From Acaryochloridaceae cyanobacterium VAR_48_metabat_390 (GTDB lineage: Bacteria > Cyanobacteriota > Cyanobacteriia > Thermosynechococcales > Thermosynechococcaceae): a stretch of DNA of 64,000 nucleotides. Both the position numbers and the translations under genes were made by a program. Positions 1-10,230 of the stretch are shown one piece after another. The stretch is from contig JANPLU010000101.1 of NCBI GenBank assembly GCA_031422435.1, forward strand, positions 1 to 64,000, in the 5' to 3' direction. The notes under the pieces were generated by a model. The model searched no databases, was not told where the DNA came from, and saw only the letters and a list, made by a program, of their open reading frames with translations. The number at the start of each line of letters is the position of its first letter. The stretch's first letter is position 1.

Positions 1-113
1 ACTATCATGCTACTATCGTGTCGTTGGTTGGGGCTTTTTTTGCCCAAGTTGCAGTGGCTTTGTACCTTCCATTGGGGCCAAAACCTGCCCTAATTTTTTA
101 GCCATTATTCAAT

Positions 114-908
114 CTATGGATTTGAGGTCGCTTTAGGTCGAAACAGCTTAGCAATTCCGTTCACCAGGGTGGGTCGCGGCAAAAACCGAGAGGCATTGAC
201 CATAATTTGATTGCCAATGCCGCCAGTGACAACATTAGGCTGCTTTTGCTCTAATGCCTGAAGTGCTTCTTTCACCACCACTGTCGCTGGCACAAGGCTT
301 TGCCCTTCGCTGGCTAACGTTTTTGGGAAGTCCGCCGCTTCAAAAAAGCTAGACTCGGTTGGTCCTGGGCAAACCGCCATAACGTGAACGCCTTTGTCTT
401 GATTTTCTGCCCAGAGCGCTTCGCTAAAGCTCAACACAAATGCCTTTGTTGCGGCATACACCGAAAAGTAGGGCATGGGCTGAAACCCAGCAATGGACGC
501 AACATTTAAGATGCTGCCCGATTTGCGCTGCTGCATCTGGGGCAAAAAGTGATGGGTCAAATCTACCAGTGCCCCTATGTTGAGCTGAATCATGTCGAGC
601 TGCTTTTGACGGGGGCGATCGCAAAATGCACCATAGTCTCCAAACCCTGCATTGTTAATAAGCAGGTCAATTTCTACATCCAAGCCTTTTACTGCCTCAA
701 ACACAGCGGCTGCGGCCTCTGGCTTTGTTAAGTCTTGCACAATCACATCGGCTCGAATGCCATGCTCGTTCTTTAAAGTATTTGCCAACTGCTGAAGCCG
801 ATCTTCAGAACGGGCAACCAGAACCACGTTTGTGCCTTTCTTAGCCAGGGCTTCTGCAAAAGCTGCGCCAATGCCAGAAGAAGCGCCTGTGATTATTGCT
901 GTACCCAT
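114..908 (-). CDS. SDR family NAD(P)-dependent oxidoreductase
   Basis: TGASSGIG Rossmann motif, NNAG, YAATK catalytic YxxxK. Confidence 0.9.
   Translation of the reverse strand: MGTAIITGASSGIGAAFAEALAKKGTNVVLVARSEDRLQQLANTLKNEHGIRADVIVQDLTKPEAAAAVFEAVKGLDVEIDLLINNAGFGDYGAFCDRPRQKQLDMIQLNIGALVDLTHHFLPQMQQRKSGSILNVASIAGFQPMPYFSVYAATKAFVLSFSEALWAENQDKGVHVMAVCPGPTESSFFEAADFPKTLASEGQSLVPATVVVKEALQALEQKQPNVVTGGIGNQIMVNASRFLPRPTLVNGIAKLFRPKATSNP
615..622. repeat. HIP1 octamer GCGATCGC (example; many copies in the core regions)
   Basis: Also at e.g. 1500, 27883, 48809, 49742; hallmark of many cyanobacteria. Confidence 0.95.
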
Positions 909-1050
909 ATTGTTGGTTTCCCTGCTCTATTTTCTTAGCAAATCTTAACACTTGCTCAAAGATTGATTGTTGAATCGGGCAGGGCTACTTACGCTATAAA
1001 GTCTGAGGCGTTAGGGCTAAAGGTCTATAGGCTAAGCAGTTAAGTTGAAA

Positions 1051-2367
1051 ATGGATGTGTTGCGTCGATTTTTCCAGCTTTCAGTTACTAATATCCTTGC
1101 CAATCTGCTAGTGCCCTTAGCCGGACTCATAGATATTGCTTTTTTAGGGCACCTTAGCGAAATTCGCCATCTGGCTGGCGTGGCGCTTGCTACTATTTTG
1201 TTCAACTATTTGTACTGGACATTCGGTTTTTTGCGCATGGGCACCACTGGCATGACGGCTCAGGCAATGGGTCGTCAGGATGCAGATGCGGCGCTACTAG
1301 TGGGCTTACGCAATGGCGTAATTGCGCTTGCCCTAGGGACTATCATTCTCTTGTTTCAGTCTCCGTTAAAGGTGGCTGGATTTGCGCTGCTGAGTGCTAC
1401 ACCAGAGGTGAAAGCAGCAGGTCAAGCCTTTTACGATGCGCTGATTTGGGGTGCGCCTGCCACGCTGCTTAATTTTGTGGTGTTGGGATGGTTTTTAGGG
1501 CGATCGCAAAGTAGCCGCGTATTGCTGCTATCTGCGGTGAGTAATCTGGCTAACGTAGGTCTTGACTACCTATTTATTGTGCGGTGGGGTAAAGAAGGTG
1601 CTGGGGCGGGTGCAGCAACGGCACTAAGTCAACTGCTGATGCTCATTACCGGACTTTGGCTAGTCAGCCGTGAGGTTAACCTCGCCCAAGTGAAGCGGTT
1701 AACCCATCAATTGCTAAACCCGACTGCCCTTAAAGCTGCGGTGATGCTCAATGGAGAACTGGTGCTTCGCACGTTTGCGCTCATTACAACTTTTGCTGTT
1801 TTCACCAATCTCAGCTCAAAAATGGGGTCTGAAATTCTAGCGACCAATGCGGTGTTGCTACAGGTCGTAACCTTAGCGGCCTATTTTATTGACGGACTGG
1901 CCTTTGCGACAGAAAGCTTAGCCGGAATGCTCAGCGTCCAAGGGAACTTCCAAGCGTTGGGGCTACTGCTGCGGGTTTCGGTGGGGACTAGTCTGAGTTT
2001 AGGGCTGCTGATTGGGCTGTCTTTTACGCTGGCACCCACGGCGTTATTTCAGCTTTTGACCAACCACCGCGAAATCTTAGATCGCATTGCAGATTTTACG
2101 CCTTGGCTCTTGCCTGTGCTGGGCTTTGGCTCTATTGCCTATCTTTTAGACGGCTATTTTCTCGGCTTAACGGCAGGGCGACTGCTGCGTCGTTCGGCAG
2201 TCATTGCGGCTTTGGTAGGCTTTATGCCAATGGCGATCGCCGCCCAGTATTTCCGTAGCGCCCATTTCCTCTGGCTTGCGCTAGCGCTGTTCATGATGGT
2301 GAGGGCCATTACTCTGGGGATTAACGTTCCACAAACCCTTCAGGAACCATCATTACGCCATTCTTAG
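1051..2367 (+). CDS. MATE family efflux transporter (DinF-like)
   Basis: ~12 hydrophobic segments; FGFLRMGTTG and AYFIDG DinF-type motifs; ATG 1051 preferred over TTG 1045. Confidence 0.85.
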   Translation: MDVLRRFFQLSVTNILANLLVPLAGLIDIAFLGHLSEIRHLAGVALATILFNYLYWTFGFLRMGTTGMTAQAMGRQDADAALLVGLRNGVIALALGTIILLFQSPLKVAGFALLSATPEVKAAGQAFYDALIWGAPATLLNFVVLGWFLGRSQSSRVLLLSAVSNLANVGLDYLFIVRWGKEGAGAGAATALSQLLMLITGLWLVSREVNLAQVKRLTHQLLNPTALKAAVMLNGELVLRTFALITTFAVFTNLSSKMGSEILATNAVLLQVVTLAAYFIDGLAFATESLAGMLSVQGNFQALGLLLRVSVGTSLSLGLLIGLSFTLAPTALFQLLTNHREILDRIADFTPWLLPVLGFGSIAYLLDGYFLGLTAGRLLRRSAVIAALVGFMPMAIAAQYFRSAHFLWLALALFMMVRAITLGINVPQTLQEPSLRHS

Positions 2368-2383
2368 CAGCTGAGTGTAGGTT

Positions 2384-2830
2384 TTAAGCATGGCTTTCGC
2401 CCACTTGGGTAAACTCGCGATCACCAAAGATAGCGGATGCATGACGATAAAACTTAAACTCCAGCAGATTAGAAAATGGATCTTCTAGAAAAAAAGTGCG
2501 ATGCTCAAGCACAAGCCCCTCAAAGCGAAGTTTGGGAGGGACATAAAATTTTAGATGCTGAGCCTGAGCGCGCGCTAACAGGGCTTCCCAATCTGCTTCT
2601 GCTTCAAAGACAAGGCCAAAATGACGGGGATAGATTCCCTTTTGAGGTGCGATTGGCTCGTGGGTTACGTGCGCCACAAGTTGATGACCGTAGAGATTGA
2701 GAATGACGGAGCTATCGCTTTCTCGCCCCACCCCACAGCCAAGCTGGTCAGCATAATACGCTTTAGTCTGAGCAATATCTGTGACGGGGAACGCTAGGTG
2801 AAATAGAATCAAACCTGTCTCATGGTGCAT
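2384..2830 (-). CDS. VOC/glyoxalase family protein
   Basis: FHLAFPV...HFG...FFLEDPFSNLLEFK VOC metal-binding pattern; start uncertain (2830 or 2842). Confidence 0.85.
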   Translation of the reverse strand: MHHETGLILFHLAFPVTDIAQTKAYYADQLGCGVGRESDSSVILNLYGHQLVAHVTHEPIAPQKGIYPRHFGLVFEAEADWEALLARAQAQHLKFYVPPKLRFEGLVLEHRTFFLEDPFSNLLEFKFYRHASAIFGDREFTQVGESHA

Positions 2831-2872
2831 TGTAGAATCCATACGGCACGCTCCTCTTTTTGGCCTCAGCCC

Positions 2873-3661
2873 ATGACTCAGCATACTGATTATATTTTTA
2901 GCTTTCCGCTCTTTGGGATTCAGGCTTGGAATCCTTGGCTGGTCGGTGTACTACTCAACCTACTGCTAGGGCTTGTCACCTGGCCTATCATCAAAAAACT
3001 GCTTACCCCTGCCGGACTGTTTCACGCCTGGATTTTGGGGGTGATTGTCTGGGCAACCCTCAACTGGCAAGGCTACGCCGTAGTCGTGTTTTACTTTTTG
3101 GTTGGATCCGCCGTTACCAAAGTCGGGATGGCTCAAAAAGAAGCCGCTGGCATTGCCGAAAAGCGTTCTGGTGCACGTGGGCCAGAAAACGTGTGGGGTT
3201 CTGCCCTCATTGCGGCACTTTGCGCATTAGGGATGCTGGTTTTAGATCCGACGCTGCATTTTTTACTGACGCTGGGCTATGTTGCCAGCTTTAGCACCAA
3301 GCTCTCGGATACCGCCGCCAGCGAAATTGGGAAAGCCTACGGCAAGCACACCTTTTTGATTACGACGTTTAAGCCTGTTCCGCGTGGCACTGAAGGGGCG
3401 GTTAGTCTGGAAGGGACTTTGGCTGGGGTGGTTGGCTCCGTGGCGATCGCCCTTATTGCCGTTCTCGTCGGCCTAATCTCCCCCTTGGGCCTCGGTATTT
3501 GCGTTGTGGCGGCATTTATTGCTACCAATCTAGAAAGCGTGATTGGTGCCACCCTTCAGCATCGGTTCAATTGGCTCACCAATGAGGTTGTCAACGTTTT
3601 GAATACGCTGATTGGGGCAACAGCAGCCATTAGCATGGGCTGGCTCATTAATGCCCTATAA
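2873..3661 (+). CDS. DUF92/TIGR00297 membrane protein (VTE6-like phytyl-phosphate kinase family)
   Basis: GARGPENVWGS, KLSDTAASEIG, GTEGAVSLEGT motifs; multiple TM helices; start moved to ATG 2873. Confidence 0.85.
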   Translation: MTQHTDYIFSFPLFGIQAWNPWLVGVLLNLLLGLVTWPIIKKLLTPAGLFHAWILGVIVWATLNWQGYAVVVFYFLVGSAVTKVGMAQKEAAGIAEKRSGARGPENVWGSALIAALCALGMLVLDPTLHFLLTLGYVASFSTKLSDTAASEIGKAYGKHTFLITTFKPVPRGTEGAVSLEGTLAGVVGSVAIALIAVLVGLISPLGLGICVVAAFIATNLESVIGATLQHRFNWLTNEVVNVLNTLIGATAAISMGWLINAL

Positions 3662-3678
3662 AACCCCTGTGAAATAAG

Positions 3679-3696
3679 TTTATAAAAGGTTACAAT
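3679..3696 (+). promoter_or_regulatory. HLR1-like (RpaB) direct repeat overlapping a -10-like TACAAT upstream of desB
   Basis: TTTATAAA-AG-GTTACAAT vs consensus (G/T)TTACA(T/A)(T/A)-N2-repeat, one mismatch. Confidence 0.45.
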
Positions 3697-3800
3697 GGCA
3701 AGCGTTTGTAATCCTGCATTTGACGCTTCGTGACATAGCTGAGGCGTAACCCGTACCAGACGGGGTGCAGGAACTGCTGTTGCGTCAAATCGGAATCTGC

Positions 3801-4892
3801 GTGCATTCAAATACTGTTCTTAACCCGTCTGTCCTTTCGGACTCTGCTTCTCGTAAAGGGGAACTGCCCTTTACCCTTCAAGACCTCAGAAATGCTATTC
3901 CCGCTCACTGCTTTGAGCCTTCTACTTTTCGGTCTTTAGCCTATTTCTTTTTAGACCTTGGCCTCATCGCCGGACTCTATGCGATCGCCGCCTATCTAGA
4001 CTCTTGGCTGTTCTACCCCATTTTTTGGCTCATGCAGGGCACCCTGTTTTGGTCTTTATTTGTGGTAGGGCATGACTGCGGTCATCGCTCTTTTTCTAGG
4101 TACAAGTGGCTTAATGACCTTGTGGGGCATCTGTCCCACACGCCTATCCTCGTGCCTTTCCACGGCTGGCGGATTAGTCATCGTACCCATCATGCCAATA
4201 CGGGCAACATTGACACCGACGAAAGCTGGTACCCTGTCCCAGAGGCGACGTACAACAGAATGTCTTGGGCTGAAAAGCTAGGGCGCTTTTATTTGCCCCT
4301 GGTCGCCTATCCCATTTATTTATTCCGGCGATCGCCTGATCGTAAAGGCTCCCACTTCCATCCTGGGAGTGACCTATTCAAACCGTCTGAAAAGTGGGAT
4401 GTGCTGACCAGCTCCTTCCTCTACTTTTCAATGATTGGATTTTTGGCGTACCTAGGCTTTCAGTTTGGCTTTGTGTTTCTGCTTAAATTTTACCTAATGC
4501 CCTACCTCATCTTTGTGGTGTGGCTAGACTTGGTCACATTTCTGCACCACACCGAGTCAGACATCCCCTGGTATCGCGGAAATGACTGGTACTTTTTGAA
4601 AGGGGCGCTCTCGACCATTGATCGAGACTATGGCTTCATTAACTCAATCCATCACGATATTGGCACCCACGTCGCGCATCATATTTTCTTAAATATGCCG
4701 CACTATCGTCTCAAGGAAGCCACAGAAGCCATCAAGCCAATCTTGGGTGACTACTATCGAAAGTCAACCGAGCCAATCTGGAAAAGCTTCGTGAAGTCTT
4801 ACTGGGCCTGCCATTTTGTCGCTGACCAAGGGTCTAAGGTTTACTACCAGTCTCCGACTAATGCTCAAGCCCCTTCTCAAACGAACGGGTAA
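3801..4892 (+). CDS. desB: omega-3 (delta-15) acyl-lipid desaturase
   Basis: Three His boxes HDCGH, HRTHH, HVAHH; ELPFTLQDLRNAIP N-terminus and overall sequence resemble cyanobacterial DesB; GTG 3801 likely start. Confidence 0.92.
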   Translation: MHSNTVLNPSVLSDSASRKGELPFTLQDLRNAIPAHCFEPSTFRSLAYFFLDLGLIAGLYAIAAYLDSWLFYPIFWLMQGTLFWSLFVVGHDCGHRSFSRYKWLNDLVGHLSHTPILVPFHGWRISHRTHHANTGNIDTDESWYPVPEATYNRMSWAEKLGRFYLPLVAYPIYLFRRSPDRKGSHFHPGSDLFKPSEKWDVLTSSFLYFSMIGFLAYLGFQFGFVFLLKFYLMPYLIFVVWLDLVTFLHHTESDIPWYRGNDWYFLKGALSTIDRDYGFINSIHHDIGTHVAHHIFLNMPHYRLKEATEAIKPILGDYYRKSTEPIWKSFVKSYWACHFVADQGSKVYYQSPTNAQAPSQTNG

Positions 4893-4935
4893 AGACAACA
4901 TCTTCGTTTGTGTAAGTTAGCATCTATCCATCAAT

Positions 4936-4973
4936 AAAAAAGCGGCGTCGCAAGTTTCGACGCCGCTTTTTTT
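4936..4973. terminator. Bidirectional intrinsic terminator between convergent desB and the GAF gene
   Basis: AAAAAAGCGGCGTCG-caagttt-CGACGCCGCTTTTTTT perfect stem flanked by A and T tracts. Confidence 0.9.
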
Positions 4974-7869
4974 ACCCATGAGGGGCTGGCGGCGCAATGG
5001 GTAAAATTAGGCGGCTCATGGCGCGTCCATCTTCTAGCTGAGCTAATTCAAGTTGACCGCCCAAGCGCTCTACTAAAGATTGACAAACCTTAAAGTGCCG
5101 TCCCGGAAGCGTTTCTAAAATGGATGCGGCAAGCGGGAACTGAGGGCTTGGATTCTGGATTGCATGAACAAGCAGTGGGTTCAGACGACCATTATCAGTA
5201 ATGGAAATTTCAACCCATTGCTCTGGAAGGGCGCGACACCAAATATCAATGCGATCGCCTGCTTTAGAACGGTAGCAGGCCGCCAGCAAAAGCTCCACCA
5301 GCATCAGCTCTACTTTTCGGGCTGGAACACATAAAGAAACGCTAGGGGTCAGATTATGAACTTGAGTCCATAGCTGTCGTGTTCGTGTCACTTCTTCAAT
5401 GCGCTCTAGAGTACGCCGAAACAGTGTCGCCACTGGAATCGTCTCTGGCTCTAGCTGAAGATCCCACACCTCGCCTTTCAAAATCGTCTCCAGGCTGCTG
5501 AGGGCGCTGTAAAGGGTTCCAACCGAGTTACCGCCACGATTACGAGAGCCACTCTGGCTTGCTGCCAAAACCTTCTCAGAAAACACAGACTGGAATTTAG
5601 ACATCTGCTCTGTCCAAAGTTTAGAGACGTACTCAAGGTGCCGCTGCTTATACCAGTTCAGACATTCCAGCGTGGCCTGTTTTTGATTGAGGCGCTCTAA
5701 TAAATAGTGGGAGCGATGATGCGCCGTCAACTCTCGCGTCAAAAGCTGGATGCCCTCACGCTTGAGATCGGTCCAATACTGACGGCGGCTGTCTAAAATC
5801 AGCACCATTCCTAAACAAGGATCCTCTGGATAAATCTTGAGCGGCACTGCTAGCACATCGACGCGACCCATTCCGCTTAGCCAGCCGCTATTCTCAATGG
5901 ATAATTCTTCAATTGAGCTTTGCTCTGTCCAAAGGTGGGGGAAAGCAGCAGCAGCAGCAGCCTGCGAATTCATATCTGCCGTTTCAGCATCTGTCGTGTG
6001 AGCAATAACCCGCTGCAAAAAACCATCGGTTTGCCATCGAATAGACGCTTGCTGATCGACCTGAAACTTAGAGTGATTGATTAACGCAGCAACTGATCCA
6101 TCCGGCTGATCGGGCGACCAGCGCAAGACCATAACGCACTCTACCGCCAAGAGCGTATGAAGTGCCTGAGCTGTCGCCATAAAAAGTGCGTCCCCCACAG
6201 GCGTAAGCTGTACAGCCTGAAGTCCTTGGTTGAGTGCAGACAGAAACTGCACCCGAAGCGCATCTTGCTGCCACTGATCTCGCTGGCTCAGGGCTTGGCC
6301 TAGCTGTTCTGCCACGGTTGCAACAGCCCCCATATCTTGTGGTGTCCAGGTGCGAGACAGCTCAGTGGCTAACAGTAAAAATGATCCTAGGTTTGCAGCT
6401 TTAGCGCTGGGGTTAAGCTTGAGCAACAGTAAAGACTGAACCCCTCGACCCATGAGGGGCTGTCGCCAAGTCATAAGCCTCAGGTCTTCTGTTAATGACT
6501 GAACCGCGATCGGATCAGTCATTCGCACCAACATTTTGGCATCTACATCACTCAGATCTGGGAGACGATCTGCTAAAGGCTGATGCTTTTTTTTGTGGAA
6601 AAACTGAGCGCGACACCTAAAATCTTGACGCTCTGGATGATGAGTGATCACCGCCGCCCAGCGAACCGAAAACTGAATGCCAATTTGCTCTAAACACTGT
6701 AGCAAGGTCTGATTCCACGGCTCGGCGTCACCGTAGGTATCTTTAAGGACGCTCAGCAGTCCATTAAGACCAAACTGCTCACCCTTTTTAGGGGCTAATG
6801 TTTCCCCGATGCTATCCTTTTTACCCTGCACCATGAGCTGTGCCATGAGCTGAATGGCCTGCCGATCTGCCTCGGTCCAAAGGCGAGGGTTATTTTCTTC
6901 GACGGCTAGAACCGCAATCAGCCGACCTCGATCTAAGATGGGCGCACTCAGCCACGCTCGCGATCGCGTCATGGTCATTAAACGCGTTGGCGCCTGATTG
7001 CTGTTGACCAGCCCCTGGATATCGGCGATCGCCACGGTTTGATTTTGCAAACTGCTTTGATAAAACGACGCAATATCCTGAAGCGGAATTTCAAGCTTAG
7101 GCGGTGGCATTTTAGATGCCGATCGACGTGGCTGTGAGCCAGTATATAGGTCGTGGAGGCGACAGGTTTGCGTCTCCGCATTAAACCAGTACAGGCAGCT
7201 TCGTGCAGGGTTAATTGCCTGGTGAATTTGTCCTAAAACAAGCTGGAGCCGTTCTTCAAAGGTATCCGCCGCCAAAATTTGAGCCAGACTGTCTACAGAA
7301 GGCTGATACGTTTGGTCGGTTGGTAGTGAGGCGCTATTGCCCAATAGTAGCTGATGTAATTCTGCACCCAAAGTGGATGCCAGCATTTTTAGCTCAATCA
7401 TTTCCTCGGGTCGAGGATGCCCGCCCCATAGGGTTGTCCCCACCAAGATCAAGCCAAAAGACCGATGCCGATACCGAATGGGCAAAATGATGGTGCCCTG
7501 AATATTTTGGCGTTGGGCAATCGTTTGCCAATCGCCAACGCGCTGCTCTTGCTTCAGACTCGGGATTTCTTGAAGGTTGCCCGTCAATAAGACCTGATCA
7601 AACAGGTCCCCTGGCAGCACAGGCTGCTTGCGGCGCAAGACAGCAGCGTCTCGATCCGTCGGCAAAATCCCGTTAATACCGCTTAGAGAATGACTTTGTG
7701 GCTCGTACTGAGCAATCCAAATCAAATCAAACTGAAACCATTCCCGCAAAAAATTCAGCAAAACGCCACCCATTCCCTCAATGGCCTCTTGCTTTTGAAG
7801 CTCCCTGAGATATTGGTAAAACGCAAGCTGTCGTTTTTCGTATTCGGTTCTCGCAGATGATTGTTGCAT
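4972..7869 (-). CDS. Multi-GAF sensor protein with degenerate C-terminal histidine-kinase-like ATPase domain
   Basis: Repeated GAF signatures (ILPIRYRHRSFGLI, SAPILDRGRLIAVL...RLWTEAD, VPLK...LGMVLI...WT); C-terminal ISITDNG G1-like box. Confidence 0.75.
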   Translation of the reverse strand: MQQSSARTEYEKRQLAFYQYLRELQKQEAIEGMGGVLLNFLREWFQFDLIWIAQYEPQSHSLSGINGILPTDRDAAVLRRKQPVLPGDLFDQVLLTGNLQEIPSLKQEQRVGDWQTIAQRQNIQGTIILPIRYRHRSFGLILVGTTLWGGHPRPEEMIELKMLASTLGAELHQLLLGNSASLPTDQTYQPSVDSLAQILAADTFEERLQLVLGQIHQAINPARSCLYWFNAETQTCRLHDLYTGSQPRRSASKMPPPKLEIPLQDIASFYQSSLQNQTVAIADIQGLVNSNQAPTRLMTMTRSRAWLSAPILDRGRLIAVLAVEENNPRLWTEADRQAIQLMAQLMVQGKKDSIGETLAPKKGEQFGLNGLLSVLKDTYGDAEPWNQTLLQCLEQIGIQFSVRWAAVITHHPERQDFRCRAQFFHKKKHQPLADRLPDLSDVDAKMLVRMTDPIAVQSLTEDLRLMTWRQPLMGRGVQSLLLLKLNPSAKAANLGSFLLLATELSRTWTPQDMGAVATVAEQLGQALSQRDQWQQDALRVQFLSALNQGLQAVQLTPVGDALFMATAQALHTLLAVECVMVLRWSPDQPDGSVAALINHSKFQVDQQASIRWQTDGFLQRVIAHTTDAETADMNSQAAAAAAFPHLWTEQSSIEELSIENSGWLSGMGRVDVLAVPLKIYPEDPCLGMVLILDSRRQYWTDLKREGIQLLTRELTAHHRSHYLLERLNQKQATLECLNWYKQRHLEYVSKLWTEQMSKFQSVFSEKVLAASQSGSRNRGGNSVGTLYSALSSLETILKGEVWDLQLEPETIPVATLFRRTLERIEEVTRTRQLWTQVHNLTPSVSLCVPARKVELMLVELLLAACYRSKAGDRIDIWCRALPEQWVEISITDNGRLNPLLVHAIQNPSPQFPLAASILETLPGRHFKVCQSLVERLGGQLELAQLEDGRAMSRLILPIAPPAPHG

Positions 7870-7948
7870 TCCCTTTCGCTGATGAGAAACCTAAAAATAC
7901 TGGAGTGGTCAGGTGCATAACTCAGAATTAGAGCAATGCAGATTCAGG

Positions 7949-8896
7949 CTAGACAGGCTCTACCATCACCGCGCCTTTGAGATCGAGTTGGAGTGGTTTA
8001 ACTTGAGCCGTTACGCCTAAACTCTGCCATGTTGAGCGCATCTGCGCCGCCACAAGGGCAGCAATATCAGGCGCACTTAAGGCAAGTAGGGTGGGTCCTG
8101 CCCCACTAATCACGAGTCCTTCAGCCCCAGCATTAAGGGCTGCTGCTTGAACTTCAGAAAACCCTGAGATTAAAGCGGTCCGAAACGGCTGATGGAGATG
8201 GTCGTGCAGTGCGTCCCGAATCCACTGCTTATGCCCTGTCTCTAAACCTTTTATTAGTAAGCCCAAATGAGCCATGTTAAAGATCGCGTCGGCATAAGAA
8301 CATTGCCCAGGCAAGACCGCCCGTGCAGCCTCGGTGGACAGCTCAAAGTCTGGAATGGCGACAATGGGCGCAATCTCTGGCGACCACTGAACCGGACACA
8401 GTGTCCAGGCTTGGGTGACAGGACTACGGGCCGCAAGCTGACAACCGCCCAGTAAGGCTGGGGCAACGTTATCAGGATGCCCTTCGAGGGCGATCGCCAA
8501 ACCCAAAAGCTGAGACTGACTCAATAAATTTCCGGCGAGGGCATTGGCTCCCATCAGTCCGCCCACGATTGCCGTTGCCGAACTGCCTAACCCACGCGCC
8601 AGAGGAACCCCCAAGCTAATGTTGAGATGCACACTGGGGATGGGGCGCTGAACCTTCTCAAAAAAAGTGCAAAACGCTTTGTAAGCAAGATTGCGAGCGT
8701 CTGTCTGAACGCGCGCTGCCTCAAGACCTTCAACCGTAATGGATAGGGTGGGGTTGCCGTCTGCACCAGAATCTGAGAGTGCGGTAAATTGAAAGTGGTT
8801 ATAGAGCGTTAGTGCAGCCCCCAAGCAGTCAAACCCAGGGCCAATATTGGCGGTAGTAGCAGGAACCTGAACGCGAACGGACAAAGGGGTAGACAT
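7949..8896 (-). CDS. thrB: Homoserine kinase
   Basis: VPATTANIGPGFD, PLARGLGSSA GHMP motif, EGHPDN, ISGAGPT; start 8896 or 8905. Confidence 0.95.
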   Translation of the reverse strand: MSTPLSVRVQVPATTANIGPGFDCLGAALTLYNHFQFTALSDSGADGNPTLSITVEGLEAARVQTDARNLAYKAFCTFFEKVQRPIPSVHLNISLGVPLARGLGSSATAIVGGLMGANALAGNLLSQSQLLGLAIALEGHPDNVAPALLGGCQLAARSPVTQAWTLCPVQWSPEIAPIVAIPDFELSTEAARAVLPGQCSYADAIFNMAHLGLLIKGLETGHKQWIRDALHDHLHQPFRTALISGFSEVQAAALNAGAEGLVISGAGPTLLALSAPDIAALVAAQMRSTWQSLGVTAQVKPLQLDLKGAVMVEPV

Positions 8897-9000
8897 AAAA
8901 CTCATCTGCTGTTGAAATGCTTCAAAATTGATCCTGACATAAATTGTTGATTGCTTAATTGTTGATTCGTTCGTGTTCTCCTGGGCGGGGTTAGTTCTCA

Positions 9001-10218
9001 ATGGATTTAGTTGAAAGCGTCAAAATGGCAACGGCGACCCTCACGGGAAACCGTCTGCGGAGTGCGCTAACGATGCTGGGCATGATTATTGGCAATGCCT
9101 CAGTGGTGGCAATGATTGGGATTGGCGAAGGTGCCCAGCGCTTTGCAGCAGATCAGTTTAAGTCTCTCGGCCCTAACGTTTTGTTTGTGGTGCCCGGCAA
9201 CGACAACGCCCGCAACCGCACCCTGAATATTCCTAAAACGCTGGTCTTAGGTGACGCAAAGGCGATCGCCGAGCAGGTTCCCTCTATTAACGATGTGGCA
9301 CCGCAGCTCCAGAACCAGGCACCCGTCGTCTATGGCAGCAAGCGCAAATCTACCCTGGTGATTGGCACCACCGAACGCTTTGCCATTGTCCGAGATTACA
9401 ACGTGGCGCGGGGTCGATTTATTACGCAGCAGGAGGTTCAGCGGGGCACTCCTGTGGCGGTAATTGGGTCTAAACTCGCCGAAACGCTATTTGGGCAAAA
9501 AAATCCTCTAGGGGAACGGGTGCGCGTTAGGGGTCTGTCGTTTAAGATTATTGGCTTACTGGCTTCTAAAGGCTCATTTTTAGGCAATAACCAAGATGAT
9601 GTGCTGCTGGTGCCTCTTTCTACCCTATCGAGTCGGCTCACAGGGCGCACGTCACCCTATGGGGAAGAGGTGACATTTATTTCAATCTCGGCTAAAAATC
9701 AGTCCCAGATGGCGGCGGCTAAAACCCAAATTACCAATCTGCTGCGGCTCCGGCACAAAATTGTGACCGAAGATGACTTTACCGTGCGCTCTCAAGATGA
9801 AGCCCTTAGCATTATTGGAGCCGTGACGGGGGCGCTCACCATTATGCTGGTGGCGATCGCCGGAATCTCGCTCCTGGTCGGCGGCATTGGCATCATGAAC
9901 ATCATGCTGGTGTCGGTGACAGAACGCACTCAAGAAATTGGCTTACGCAAGGCAATTGGGGCAACTCAGTCAGACATTTTGATTCAGTTTTTGATTGAGT
10001 CGATCATTTTATCGGCAGCGGGCGGCATTATCGGCATTATGATTGGGGCGGGAACCGTGGTCATGGTGGGAGTTTTAACGCCTCTCAAAAGCAGCGTGTC
10101 GATGCCTGCGATCGCCTTAGCCGTATCGGTTTCTGGCGGTATTGGCGTCTTTTTTGGCGTGGTACCTGCCCAGCGCGCTGCTCGTTTAGACCCCATTGTC
10201 GCCCTACGCAGTAACTAG
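9001..10218 (+). CDS. ABC transporter permease (MacB/FtsX type)
   Basis: [48 protein letters not shown]. Confidence 0.93.
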   Translation: MDLVESVKMATATLTGNRLRSALTMLGMIIGNASVVAMIGIGEGAQRFAADQFKSLGPNVLFVVPGNDNARNRTLNIPKTLVLGDAKAIAEQVPSINDVAPQLQNQAPVVYGSKRKSTLVIGTTERFAIVRDYNVARGRFITQQEVQRGTPVAVIGSKLAETLFGQKNPLGERVRVRGLSFKIIGLLASKGSFLGNNQDDVLLVPLSTLSSRLTGRTSPYGEEVTFISISAKNQSQMAAAKTQITNLLRLRHKIVTEDDFTVRSQDEALSIIGAVTGALTIMLVAIAGISLLVGGIGIMNIMLVSVTERTQEIGLRKAIGATQSDILIQFLIESIILSAAGGIIGIMIGAGTVVMVGVLTPLKSSVSMPAIALAVSVSGGIGVFFGVVPAQRAARLDPIVALRSN

Positions 10219-10230
10219 GATTGTGAATCT

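Noticed and set aside
1..60. GGGGCTTTTTTT at the window start as an RNA gene end
   Set aside because: The upstream half of any stem lies outside the window, so it cannot be assessed
1051..2367. MATE transporter as a sign of a guanitoxin (gntT-like) cluster
   Set aside because: No other gnt-type biosynthetic genes nearby; a generic DinF-like MATE explains it
8897..9001. N-terminal extension of thrB touching the ABC permease start
   Set aside because: Homology starts at MSTPLSVRV; the extension is probably the divergent promoter region
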